64,000 nt of DNA from Camelus ferus. Lineage: Eukaryota. The position numbers and the translations under genes were made by a program. Of this stretch, positions 13,621 through 24,702 are shown piece by piece; the stretch's first letter is position 1; each line of letters opens with the position of its first letter. The stretch spans positions 29,700,001 to 29,764,000 of the forward strand of contig NC_045696.1 in the NCBI RefSeq assembly GCF_009834535.1. The letters run 5' to 3'. The notes beneath the pieces are model-generated. The model had not been told where the DNA came from, did no database searches, and saw only the letters and a program-made list of their open reading frames with translations.

Positions 13621-13687
13621 ACTGAAACATGCTGTACACCAGAAATTGACACAACATTATAAACTGACTATACTTCAAAAAAAAAAA
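12803..13687 (+). mobile_element. Young L1 3' end (ORF2 C-terminus plus two tandem 3' UTR copies and an A tail); 3' part of the chimera
   Basis: The ORF track gives IMPFAATWMGLENVILSDVSQKEKEKYHMISLICGI, the L1 ORF2p C-terminus, frameshifted in the A-run near 12900. AATAAA at about 13340 and a terminal A tail are present. The whole insert is flanked by the TSD AAGAGTCATTTCTC (12695-12708 and 13688-13701). Confidence 0.92.
13553..13615. repeat. (TA)n microsatellite of about 30 units within the L1 3' UTR
   Basis: Uninterrupted TA run seen directly. Confidence 0.97.
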
Positions 13688-14499
13688 AAGAGTCATTTCT
13701 CATGAGATGGTGCAGCAGGCACGAGGGCCTAACTAAATCAAATGCTCCATGGAGTCATTTTAAGACATTCTGAAAATGAGAAGAGGTCAGGACCTCTTGC
13801 CCATCACTGTAAAGAATTCAGAGGTGACTGTGAAGTTAGGACAGACTTCAGCTGCAGATGGTAAATGAATCTACTACGAGTACAGAAGAGCATGCTAGAT
13901 ACAACTTATAATATTCCAATTCTTCTTTGCCTTCTAGAACCATTGACATCTGACTTTCCTCAGAGCCCACAACTTGGCAGACACTGAGAGGAAAAGTGTA
14001 CCACTCGGCTACAATATAAAATTTCTACACCATGAGAATCAACGTTCAGTGTGGCTGCTGATACACCAAATCCAAACTACTTTCTCATTCTGCTTAGATA
14101 CCATTGTAAAAGCTATTTTTATTTCTTACAAAATAGAGATGTTCACTGTAATTGTAATTTAACACACTTGGGCTCACAAAAATCTCTCTTCCCATTCTTG
14201 GGCATGCAATTTGACCTCAGGCTCTCTTCAAACTGAGTATTTCTTCAGTGATTAAACCTTTAGTCTCTGTGGAGTCTAGAAATAACTAATTAATAACAAA
14301 TTTATTTTCTCTGGTTATTTTTAGCTTTTTACTCAAACATACATTCCCCTGCCCTGAGACTGTCACACATAACTCCTGGTATCTACTGCTTTTCTCTGTC
14401 CGTTCATCCCTGCATTCTTAACATTTTAGCTTAAGATGAGTTGACCTGAGACTTACTGGTGTAGAAAAGAGAAAAACAGAGTGAAAAGAGAAAAACAGT

Positions 14500-16150
14500 C
14501 AGAAGACATCCACTCAGTCATTTGCTCATTTAAAACTATAGCATTTCCTATAAGCCAGGTGCAGTTCCACAGGCCGAGAGGATAAGAGTGAACAAACAAT
14601 ATAGACAAGTGCCGACCCCCAGGAGTAAATAATTCAGTGGGAGATACAAAAGAACAGGAAGACAATTACATTACCGTGGATGATCACCCTTATAGTGTGG
14701 TGGTAGGTAAGCGGTGAGAAGGTTTAAGGATGGGGAGAAATCAGGGAAGGCATTTAGTATATCTCTAAGCTGTGCCCTGAAGCATGCACAGAAACTTGTA
14801 AGACAGAAGCAAAGTGTGCATCAAGCAGAAGAAATAAGATGTATAAAAGCATAGCTGGACCCACAGCTAGACCAAAACATGTGGCACCCAAGACAGGATA
14901 ATATTCTGGCACACTTCAAATTGATATTTTTTAAACATTTGATAAAAATCTATTTTGTGGGATGGAAAAAATTATTTTCTATTAATAACTATTGAGTATA
15001 GAAATGGGTTCCCATATTAATTCATTTCTACACAGCTAAGAGTCACTCTTCTGAAAAGATCAGAAAATGTTTCTAGTTCGCGATCTCTTTTGCTTTTTAT
15101 TCAGTGGTCCTTCTAGACCCCTAACTTTTTATGAGCCAATACAAAATAAGAAATGAAAATCTTCAATATCTAAGAAAGGAGTACCTGTGTAAAATAGATA
15201 CCATGTTTCCAATTTATTCTATTGATATTTTAGTGCCCCTTATAGAACAGCCCCTAGACATCCCAGGTACTTCTTTACATTTAGCCCCCTGCTGATTAGG
15301 TGGTACCGAGTCAGAAGGAGGGTCCAAAGATGAGGCTAAAATGGTAGACAGGGACCAGATAACACAGAATCTTGTTGGTCATGAGAAAGAGAGTATGCTA
15401 TACTTTTAAGAGCCATGGGAATTGTTGAGAAGATTTGAAAGGGGGACCAACTCTGAGGCTGTTTTTGAGAACCAGGCTAGAGATGCTAGCAACTTGAATA
15501 GGAGGGTAGCAGTAAGCATACAAAGTGGCATATACTTGAAGAATAGTTAGGAGCTACTATTCACTAGGCTTGGAGGTGAGAAGAAGGGGAGAGGAGTAAT
15601 TAAGGATAAATCTTAAGTTTTAGGCTTGAGCAATTGGTACATGAGGATATTGCCCAATGGGATAAGGTATAAAAGGACAATCAAGCTTGGGATAAAAACC
15701 TCTTAAGTTCAGTTTTATACATACTGAGTTGTGTACTTACAGTACATCAAAATAAAGGTATTTACTAAATAAGACCAGGAAACTAAGACCAGGAGAGAAA
15801 TGTAGGGTGAAGATAGATGTGGGCAGCCTGAGTGCATAGATGGAATTCATGGAATGCATGAGAATGCCTAGGGAAAATAAGTATATAAAATAGAAATGCA
15901 TAAAGGAACCCAGGGAAGAGCCCTGAGAATCTTATATTAAATTGTCACAAAAAGGCTGAAGAGAAACCACCAGAGACAGTGGAAGAAAAGCAAGAGCTAA
16001 AGTATCATGGCTTCAAGGAGCCAAGAAGTGGTCCAAAATGCTAGCAATAAAAAAAGGGAAAGAGGTATCCACTAACTTACCAAGAAGTCATTGTTTGTGA
16101 ACTTGTTGAGAACAGTTCTAGTAAAGAAAGATTAAACTCAGCTGCAGCAA
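14500..16150 (-). mobile_element. Fragmented L2, interrupted at about 14860-15290 by a probable DNA-transposon remnant
   Basis: L2 3' end-like cactcagtcatttgctcattt and purine-rich L2 body motifs (aagttttaggcttgagcaattgg, aagttcagttttatacatactgagtt). Confidence 0.6.
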
Positions 16151-18966
16151 GCCACATGAACTTAAATTAGTAACCTGACCAAATCTCAGGTCCTTCATCT
16201 GTAGAATAGGAAAAACAAAAACACTCATCCTTCCTACCTTGTGGTTTTGTTATGAAGGTTAAATTAAATACTATCATATATCTAAAAGTCACTATATAAA
16301 CTTTAAACAGAGGGTAGAGACAAGTGTTACACCAACTGTTTCGCTGGTTCTGCTGTTCACAAATGTCAGTTTTCTGTTCCACCCACACAGTTGAGAAGTC
16401 ACATTTGACTTATACTGGCCAATATATGTATCAGCAGAAGTGACTGATTATTACAGGCAAAAGCTGTAAGAAACAGTGCATAGTTCAGTATGTTCTCTGT
16501 TTCTTGCCACTGACACTGTAGAAGCATGTTTCAAAACGAAGCCTTCATCAAACTAGATCCTTGAATGACTGCCATGAGGACAGCCTGACTCACGTTGGAA
16601 TGTAATATGGGTACAATTAAGTGTTGTTTTAGAACACTAAGATGTTGGAATTATGATCATAGCAACTAAATGTGGTATAAATAACAGGGTTTTTTTTTAG
16701 GAAAGCCAAGAGGAAAATTCCATCTTAGGAGGTCATCAATGAGACATCATAGGGCCTGTCACACACACTAATGTACGAATTTTTTATTTCATAGCACAGA
16801 GTAATTCACTAATCCTCACATTTGATTCTTATAGTTACAGAAAAGGTAAACAAGAATGAATGTACATTACGGAATTTCTAATGAAGACACATTGGTTGGG
16901 GAAGAATAAGACAGCCTATCAATAAGAAACTGCCTCCCCCATCACCATTTTTATATACCATTGTCATCTGTACCCTAAATTTTCTTCACTCTTTAGTAAG
17001 CATACTTGCTCCTACGTTTGACAGGTTGTGTATCTGTTAGGGCAAAGACACACTGGCTAAGTAGGTTACTAGAAATAAACAGAAAACAGGAAAAGTAACC
17101 AGGACCAAACTTTATGAAGAAGTTTTTTTACTCTTCAAAGGTTAACAGTAAAAGTCACCACTGCCAAATGCCTAATTACCATTTGATATGCCTAAATGGA
17201 ACATGTGTGCTGGAAAATGGCAGTTACTCAGAACCAAGGCCAGAAGTAGAATTCAGGTCAGAGTGAGGAGGCACAAGGACCCACTGGACCAGCCTTTTCA
17301 TCAAGAACACTGATTGCCCCCACTTCTTTATTCTGGCCTTTGTCTCTCTCATTAGTTCTGACAAACCATGAAAGAGGATCATAACTGCTTCAATCCCAGT
17401 GGAGTTGAAGTGAATTACATGAAAGAAACACTTAACAAAGGATGTCTGTCTACTCGTGATCATTTTTTAAAAATGGGGATGTGGGGAAGTAGACAAAAGA
17501 CTCCACAACTCTGCTTTTAGAAATGTCTTACATGTCATTTTACAAAGCATACAAATAAATTAGTGTCATAATTAATAAGTCTATCAAAAAACTCTAGCCA
17601 CTATCTTTTGCTCTAAAATGTTAACTGTTTCTAAATCAAATCCAATCTTGAACTATGCAGATTATGTACTATGAAAGCACATATTGTAAATATTGAAGGG
17701 AATTCCACATGGTTGCTCCCTAAATGGCTTAAGGGCCCAACATCTGATTAACTGAGCAACAGCTCAAGGTGACACCTTTGAAAAAGGCACATGCATTAGG
17801 ATATACAAGCTCTAAAATGAGATGCATTCAACTTTGTGTCCCTTACTTTGTGTTCATAAGGGATCCCTAATAAACAGTTGCTGAATTGAGTACAGGTAGT
17901 AAGTGCCAAGGCCAGGTCACGGATCTACGATTGTTTTTTTCCAAACTCCAGGTCAATGAACGATGTTTCATTACCAATGCTGTGAAGCCAGTAACTAGGT
18001 AGAAGTTTACTGTTACTTTAATATATGGGTAGGTATACTCTGTTGCCATGGTAGTTTTCATTCTCAAGTGGCTCTGCTAATAGGGCAGAAACCGTTAAAT
18101 CACAACATGCTTATCTCACAAATACAACTACTATAACTAGTATAACAACTATTTTAGACTTAAAACTGTACCTTTTAAAGTTAGCTGACTACTAGAATTA
18201 ATATCCTATTAACTTAATTGTGGTAAGCCAATTTACTACAGCAAGAGAGGAAACAAGCTAAAATGAAAGTATACTACATGCTAAATTGGCCTCTGTTAAG
18301 TTTACCTTTCCTCACCCTTCTCCCTCTTCAGGATGACAATGCCAAACACGGAAGAATGTTGTCCCAACGGGATAAAAAAAAAAAAAGTGACCAAGATATG
18401 CTTAATCTTGAGATTATCATCAAGTAAAGAAAAGCTGCCTGAACGAACCCTATTGGATATAAAATCACAATATATGCTATTAAATAAACTGCAGTTTTAA
18501 AAGCGCATTAACACATGCGGGTGTTGTGCACACGCTACTTCACAGGACCACTGTGGTGCATGGAAAGTCCACAAAACCTGCAGTGGTGTTGCCACCTCAT
18601 CAGAACCTGAGGCAACGTGTGCTGGGAGCTAAAGCACACACTCAATGGCACAAACCTCTGATTCGAAGGGAGGGGAGAGGGATAAGGAAAGTTTATTCAG
18701 CGCTTCTGCGTCTAGTCCCGGGCAAGAATTGTCAACGCACGATGCAGGAAACCCCTGGGCCCAACTATGGACTCGACGCGGACGCCCAGGCTCGGAAGCG
18801 GCTACCCTCCAAGGCCGGGGGCGGGGCCGCCGGGGGCGGAGCGGCGAGGGGCGTGGCCTGCAGGCCCGGGGGCCGAGGGGCGGCCCGAGCCCCGAGCCCG
18901 CGCCTGGAAGGCGGGCTGCTGGGTTCTGAGGTGAAGGGGGGGTGGGGGGAGAGTGCGGGGCTGTAC

Positions 18967-19118
18967 CTGCGCTGGAAGTCCGGAGCGAAGGGCTTCAGGT
19001 ACGGGTCTATCTCTAGAAGTCGGGCTAGTTCGGGTACGTCGGCCAGGGCAGCGGCCAGCGCCTCCTCAGAGCATTGGGCCCGAGCCTCCCGAGCCGGGGG
19101 ACTCGCCGGAGCCGCCAT
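18967..19118 (-). CDS. GBE1: Coding exon 1 of 1,4-alpha-glucan branching enzyme (glycogen branching enzyme); 152 nt, phase-2 donor
   Basis: Translates as [50 protein letters not shown](R), matching the mammalian GBE1 N-terminus ([25 protein letters not shown]). The ATG at 19116-19118 is in strong Kozak context (GGAAGATGG). The donor CAG|GTACAG has its GT at 18966-18965, right where homology ends. Confidence 0.97.
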
Positions 19119-19121
19119 CTT
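19111..19121. promoter_or_regulatory. YY1 motif (GCCGCCATCTT) overlapping the start codon
   Basis: Exact match to the CCGCCATNTT consensus, which commonly overlaps Kozak sequences. Confidence 0.5.
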
Positions 19122-19260
19122 CCGCCGCAGCCCGAGTAGCCGAGGCCCGAGAGGGTCGAGTGGAGCCTGAGCGGGAACGGGCGCTCTAGCCGGGAGGAAG
19201 GCGGCGAGGGCGGAGCCGAAGGACGCCCAGGCGAGCTGAGGCGAGCTGCGGACGTCCGTC

Positions 19261-19268
19261 CTTTATAG
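19261..19268 (-). promoter_or_regulatory. TATA box (CTATAAAG); implies a TSS near 19235-19240
   Basis: Plus-strand ctttatag reads CTATAAAG on minus, an isolated AT patch in GC-rich DNA about 145 nt upstream of the ATG. Confidence 0.7.
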
Positions 19269-19342
19269 CTGGAGGCAACGGCCGCCGGTCCCCTTTTCCC
19301 CCCGCCGGCGTGGAGGAGCGGGACCCGGAGTGATCCCCGGAC

Positions 19343-19349
19343 GCACGTC
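19343..19349 (-). promoter_or_regulatory. Hypoxia-response element core (GACGTGC)
   Basis: RCGTG motif about 75 bp upstream of the TATA box. GBE1 is known to be hypoxia/HIF inducible. Motif match only. Confidence 0.45.
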
Positions 19350-19373
19350 CCGCGAGGGGAGGAGGCGCCCAGG

Positions 19374-19386
19374 CCCTCCGCCCACT
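19374..19386 (-). promoter_or_regulatory. GC box (Sp/KLF; GTGGGCGGAGGG)
   Basis: Plus-strand ccctccgcccac in the proximal promoter. Confidence 0.55.
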
Positions 19387-20199
19387 CACGCGGCCCGCAC
19401 CTGGGCCCGCCGAGGCCTGCCCTCTCCTGGTGCTGGGCCGACCTTCCGCAGCCTTGACCTCGTTTAATCCTGACCCATACTCGTCTCCGGAGCAAGCCCC
19501 TCGCTTTTCTTTAGGCTACTCCCACTGGCGGCCTCCCCTTCAAATGAGTATATGTATATCTTAAGTTCTGAGAGTTTCTTATTGTTAACATAGTGTTTCA
19601 GGCAGATGAAGTAAATTCACTGTGAGGGGAACAGTCAAGTATGGATAGAGTAATACGTTGAACATGTTAAGTTCATTTTCAAATCTTCCTGGAAGTGGTA
19701 AGAATCACTTCGAAGTGGTAAGAAATATCTCTTCCTCTTGGCTTAGGAATGGGAGACCCTAGGTAGTCTTCCCCTACTTGGAACTTCTTTTGTGTTGTTT
19801 CATCTGACTGGTTTCTAGCTCAAAGATCCTTTTTTTTTTTAAGACTACAGGGTTGTACACTGCGAGAATTGGGCCCACCAGCCATGGTAGTTTCCAAGTT
19901 ACTTTGTACGTAGAAACTGGAGAGGCTTGGGGGATATCTGTCCCAGTTAAGACCGAGGTGTGAAGAATCCAAGGGGCTATGGAGAAGAAAGTGTTGATCA
20001 GCCGTGGGCGTTTAATTTTAAAACATTCAAAATTTTTTTTTGCAAAAGGAATAATAAGGACTTAATGAAAGATATGTAGTAACTAGGGGCCTCAAAGTAA
20101 AAGGGTGGAGGATTTGGACAACCTTCAAAAAGGCATGTCTTATTTTCCGTAAAGATGGCAGTATGCAAACATTTGTAAAATATCAAACAATACTTGAAA

Positions 20200-21180
20200 C
20201 TCAGAAGCAGGATACTCAGTAGACCCACAGATCTATATGTCCAATCCTAAACTTTCCTCGGAAATCCAGGTTTGTATCACTACCTGTCTATTTTGAAATC
20301 TCTATTTAGCTGGCTAGGAATCCTAAACCATGTATCTCCCAAGTGTATCGGAATCAGTATGCTCTTCTTTTCTGCTACCACTCATGCAGGCGGCCTTCCT
20401 CTCTCATTTGGACTAACATCCTCTTCTACTCTTTCTCACCTCTAATCCATTCTCTAGTGTTTCTCAAGCTTTAATGTACATATGAATCACCTGGGGATCT
20501 TGTTAAACGTACAGACTCTTTTTTTGTTCTGGGTGGTGCCTCACATTCTGCAATTTTAACAAGCTCAGAGGTGATGTTGCCACTGCAGGTTGGAAGCACA
20601 GTTTGAATAGTAAGCTCTACACAAGGAATAAATCATACAACTTAAATGACATGCCAGTTACTTTGAGCTAAATATAAACTCCTTACTCTTCTCTAACAAG
20701 GCTTCCATAACCTGGTCCCTGACTGCCTTTCCACCGCTTTCATCAGCCTTCTCTGGGTTTAGTATTCTGTGGACACTGGCTTTCCTGAAAGTCACTGAGC
20801 TCTGTGTAGCCTCCGAGACTTTACTTGCCCTCCTCTCTTAGGAATTCACTTACCATAGCTGTTTCCTCCCCAGCATTCATGGAGGTCTCATCATAAATGT
20901 CAACTTATTGCTGAGAAGCTTCTAATTCCACTATCTAAATAGCTGCCTCAGAATCTTCTATTACAGTGCATTCTCTCCTATGCAAGAGTTAAAATTTAGG
21001 TGTTTATTCTTTTCTTTTATTTATTGATCTTCCCCTTTAGCATGTAAACTCCAAGAGAGCAGGGACCTCTTCTGTTTTGTTCACTACTGAACAAGTATTT
21101 ATTGAAATCCCCTGTGAGAGCAAGTTTTCTAGGAACTAGGGATTAGTGATGAGCAATATAAATCCCAGTTGTCATAAAGT
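20200..21180. mobile_element. L2 fragments with a nested MER5A-like element (~20455-20615)
   Basis: gaatcacctggggatcttgttaaa (MER5A) and tgtaaactccaagagagcagggacc (L2 3' end). Confidence 0.7.
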
Positions 21181-21184
21181 TCAC

Positions 21185-21420
21185 AGAATAAGTACATTTA
21201 TAGAGACAAAAAGTAGAACATTGGTTTCCCAGGGCTGAAGGGAATACAGAGTGACTGCTAGTGGGTAGAGGGTTTGTTTGGGGGTGATGAAAATTTTCTA
21301 GAATTGATTATGGTCATGGTTGTACAGCTCTGTGGATAGACTCAAAACTACTAGAATTGTACAGTTTTAAGTAAGTGCATGGTACATGGATTGTAGCTCA
21401 GTAAAGCTGTTTTTAAAATA
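21185..21420 (+). mobile_element. Old L1M 3' UTR fragment
   Basis: gagtgactgctagtgggtagagggtttgtttgggggtgatgaaaattttctagaattgat. Confidence 0.75.
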
Positions 21421-22292
21421 TCAAAAAATAATTTCTAAGGTATGAGTAATATAAAATTTACTCTTTAAAACTAACGTATCACCCATGTTGAAAATTACTA
21501 GGAGAAAAAAAAGAAAGGAAAAACCAGAGATCTGTGACCAAACTCAAGAGAGAAGTAGAAAATAAGTAACTTTTAAGTAAAAAGCAGCAGTAGTGATAAA
21601 GGAGAATGTGGTTTCTGCGAAGACAAAGGAGAAATTTTAGAAAGACTAGAATGATAATAACTCTTTTATCTTTAATAATGTCATCGACAACTCAAGATTC
21701 CTTGGTTCTTTCATTTCCTCATGTAGGCTTTGACCTCAGTATTGTTCTCTCATGGTCAAAAAGTGGCTGCTGCAGCTCTTAGCAGTACTTCTTCGTACCA
21801 CCACATCTAAAGGAAAGAAAAATGAACTTGTACGTTTATACTGTGTATCTTTGTTTAAGGGAAAACTTTCCTTCATATCTCCTTGGGTAGAGCTAGATTG
21901 CATACCCACCACTAAAGCCACTGTAATAGAGGAATGTGACTACCGTGATTGGTTTAAACTAATTGTGATTCATGGCTTGAATTGGGTCCACTCTCCCTTA
22001 CTGCATTGCTATTCAACATCTAGATAAAATGGTGATGCAACTGGCATGGAATAAGAAGGATAGATAATCATGTCTGCCACATCTTTCTTTGCTATCTATT
22101 CTAGATCCCACTACCCATGAAACTTGCCAGTATTATTAATTCTTTTGTCCCCTTGTAATTGATCTTACCATGTTTACATGGCAAAACCTCAACCTAGAAT
22201 CAGTGAATTTGCCTTCTCCATTCCTACATCCAGATTGCTAAGTAAATAAAAATAACTGTAGGAACTAGTTTCACTAAAAACCCTTTCTCATG

Positions 22293-22494
22293 CAAGGCAA
22301 CCACAATTTTACAGGCTATACACTATATACAGTATACTCAACCAAGAAGGCAAATGAGGGCATTTGCCCTGAGGAAGAAGAACCATCTCCTTTGCACAAA
22401 GGTGCCTCTCCCTCTTCAGGCTATGAATCCTTAGGACTGTGCCTACCAAGAGAAGACACTTCTTTCTAATCCACAAAGGTGAGTGGCAGCCCTG
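22293..22494 (+). mobile_element. hAT-Tip100 MITE (MER91-like)
   Basis: Ends caaggcaacc...ggcagccctg resemble degenerate terminal inverted repeats. Confidence 0.45.
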
Positions 22495-22849
22495 CCCTCA
22501 GTTCTCAATTTTTCCCTTGGCCATAACACTCCTGTGTCTTCATTGCCAAGTTCTTGAGAGATTTATCTCATTCACTGTTCAACACACTGTGGGCTGACTT
22601 ATGTTTCTACTCTGTTGAAATGCCTCTTTCCAAAACACCCAAAACCACCTAGTTGTTAAACTCAATGGGCAGTTTTTAGCTCTTGTCCCATTGAATCTCT
22701 CAAGAGTTGGAACTCCTAATCACTTTTTTCTCATCTATTCAGAAAGAAAGGAATATAAAGTTGCGACAGATTTTGAGGTAATAAAGATGTCTAGCCACTA
22801 TGAGATACAACAAGTCAAGGGCGGAAAGATTCCTAAATAATGGTGAGAG

Positions 22850-23100
22850 CACAACTGAGTCTGGATATCAAACACCTGAAATAGTGCCATGTGGCCCCAT
22901 GTTAAGTTTTTATTCGTTGCTTGATAGGCTGGGTATGTGAGCTCAAAAAATAACCTTGACAAATTACTTTCCCTCCCTGTGCCTCCTTTTCTTAACTGCA
23001 AAGTGTGGCAAGGCTTAAATAAGAACATTTAATCACTTAATGAGTTCTTAGGATAGTGCCTATCATATAGTAAACGTTATTTGTGTTAGCTATTATTATT
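22850..23100 (+). mobile_element. MIR SINE
   Basis: taaccttgacaaattactttccctccctgtgcctcc and tail gttagctattattatt. Confidence 0.65.
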
Positions 23101-24702
23101 GTCAATGGATAATGAACTTACTTTAGGAGGAAAGATGAGGCTTTTCCATCCCTATATCCATACACATTCAGATTTCTCCATATTAATATTTAAACTTTTT
23201 CAGTGATTCTGGATGTGAAATACTTAAATGTGGAAGAAACTTGAGGATGGGTAATTTTAATATTTGAATGCCAACTATTTTTAAGGCATTATATTAAAGC
23301 ATTATGATAGTATAAAGAACTCTGACATGATCTATTAAGTTACAATATTAGACAATTCATAATGAAAATTTAAATAATGACAGCTCAAATAGCATTGAGT
23401 TGTGTTAATATTATATGTTAAAGTTTAATCAAAATTTGAAATCCTATTATTTGTCTTCTTTCTCTCCCCACCCCTTAGCACTATAGGTATTATTTTCTTT
23501 GAAATAATGGAATTTAGTTAGATATATATTCCTTTAAATTTCTCCACTGAAATATTCTAAAACTTGATAAGGCAATGGTTATACAATTCTATAAATTTAC
23601 AGAATATCTTTGAATTATACATTTAAAACAGGTGAACTTTATGGTATGTAAATTATACCTCCTAAAGGTAGTTTAAAATTTTATCTTGCATAAGACTGTA
23701 ACTAAAGGCTCTCCTTTGAAAAGGTGGGTCTAATGGCTGGCAAGTGTCAGTATCTCAGTCTCCAAACTGACATCCACTGATTTCTGGATTAAATTCAGCA
23801 AAGGCAGTGACCAGCCAAATGTCCCCTCTACCACCTGCCAAGCCTTCCCAGGGGACCCTGAAGGAAGAGAAGTTTATCCTGTCTTCAGACTCGTTCATCC
23901 TCTAACCTCTCTATTTAGATGGCTAAGTAGTGAGTGTTCAATGTGATAGTGATTGCTACCACCTGGAAACCAGAGTAAGACAACTTTTCCAGAGATGGCA
24001 CTTAATTGTTTTTAGATGATAGTGATTTTCAATTACTTTTCTTGTAAGTTGAATTAGAACCAGTGACCTAAGGTGGAAGTCTCTTAATTTTTGTGACATC
24101 CTCTGAGCATCTTATCCTCTCCATTAGAACTTTTCCGTTAGTCTCAGACTTACCCATGGTAATTTTTATTTCACTCAGTTACAGACATCCTTTATGCCTT
24201 TATATACTCTCTAGTGATTATTTGATATCTGAAATTTTCAGTACTTCTCAACTGTTCCTTATGTGAAAGTTTTACAAACTTTTTAGGGCAAAATCTTGTA
24301 AGAAAGGATCAGATAGCTGAGCTTATCATAATGGAAGTATTCTGAAAAGATACAACAATTCTTTGGAATAAAAGCTAATAATAATAACGCATTGGTTTCT
24401 ACGGTCTAGGCAAACTATTTTGTACTGCCTCTCAGAAAGATGAATATAAAGGATAAATGTAGGAGGTTTTTTTTTTTTTTCATTTTAAAACTTAAAAATT
24501 AGGCAAGCAATATTTCAAACACTGTGAATCTATGAAGTTTACCTGAATGACACTCAGATCTCTGGCAAACTTTGCCAGTCCAGAGCAAAGCAAAGAGCCA
24601 GGAAATGGAGGGGAAGGGGGACCTTTCATCACATAAAACTTAAGTCTCAAAGCCTCTTGCAGTGTGCTTATAGGAAGACACCTCCCACTCCCATCACCTA
24701 TT

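Larger units (their letters stand above)
18700..19540. promoter_or_regulatory. GBE1: CpG island spanning the GBE1 promoter, exon 1 and 5' intron 1
   Basis: Abrupt switch to very GC-rich, CpG-dense sequence in an otherwise AT-rich, CpG-depleted window. Boundaries approximate. Confidence 0.95.

Noticed and set aside
12862..13696. ORFs 12862-13158, 13353-13652 and 13469-13696 as proteins
   Set aside because: These are a frameshifted L1 ORF2 tail and antisense frames reading through the (TA)n microsatellite as poly-IY.
18765..19118. 117-aa ORF as a complete single-exon gene
   Set aside because: GBE1 homology stops exactly at a GT donor (18966). The remainder is intron read-through, kept only as a speculative isoform.
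18526..19170. 214-aa plus-strand ORF antisense to GBE1 exon 1, and other CpG-island ORFs (18645-18929, 18953-19189, 19025-19495, 19186-19389)
   Set aside because: Most have non-ATG starts and low-complexity G/A/R/P composition with no recognisable domain. Long ORFs are expected in stop-poor GC-rich DNA.
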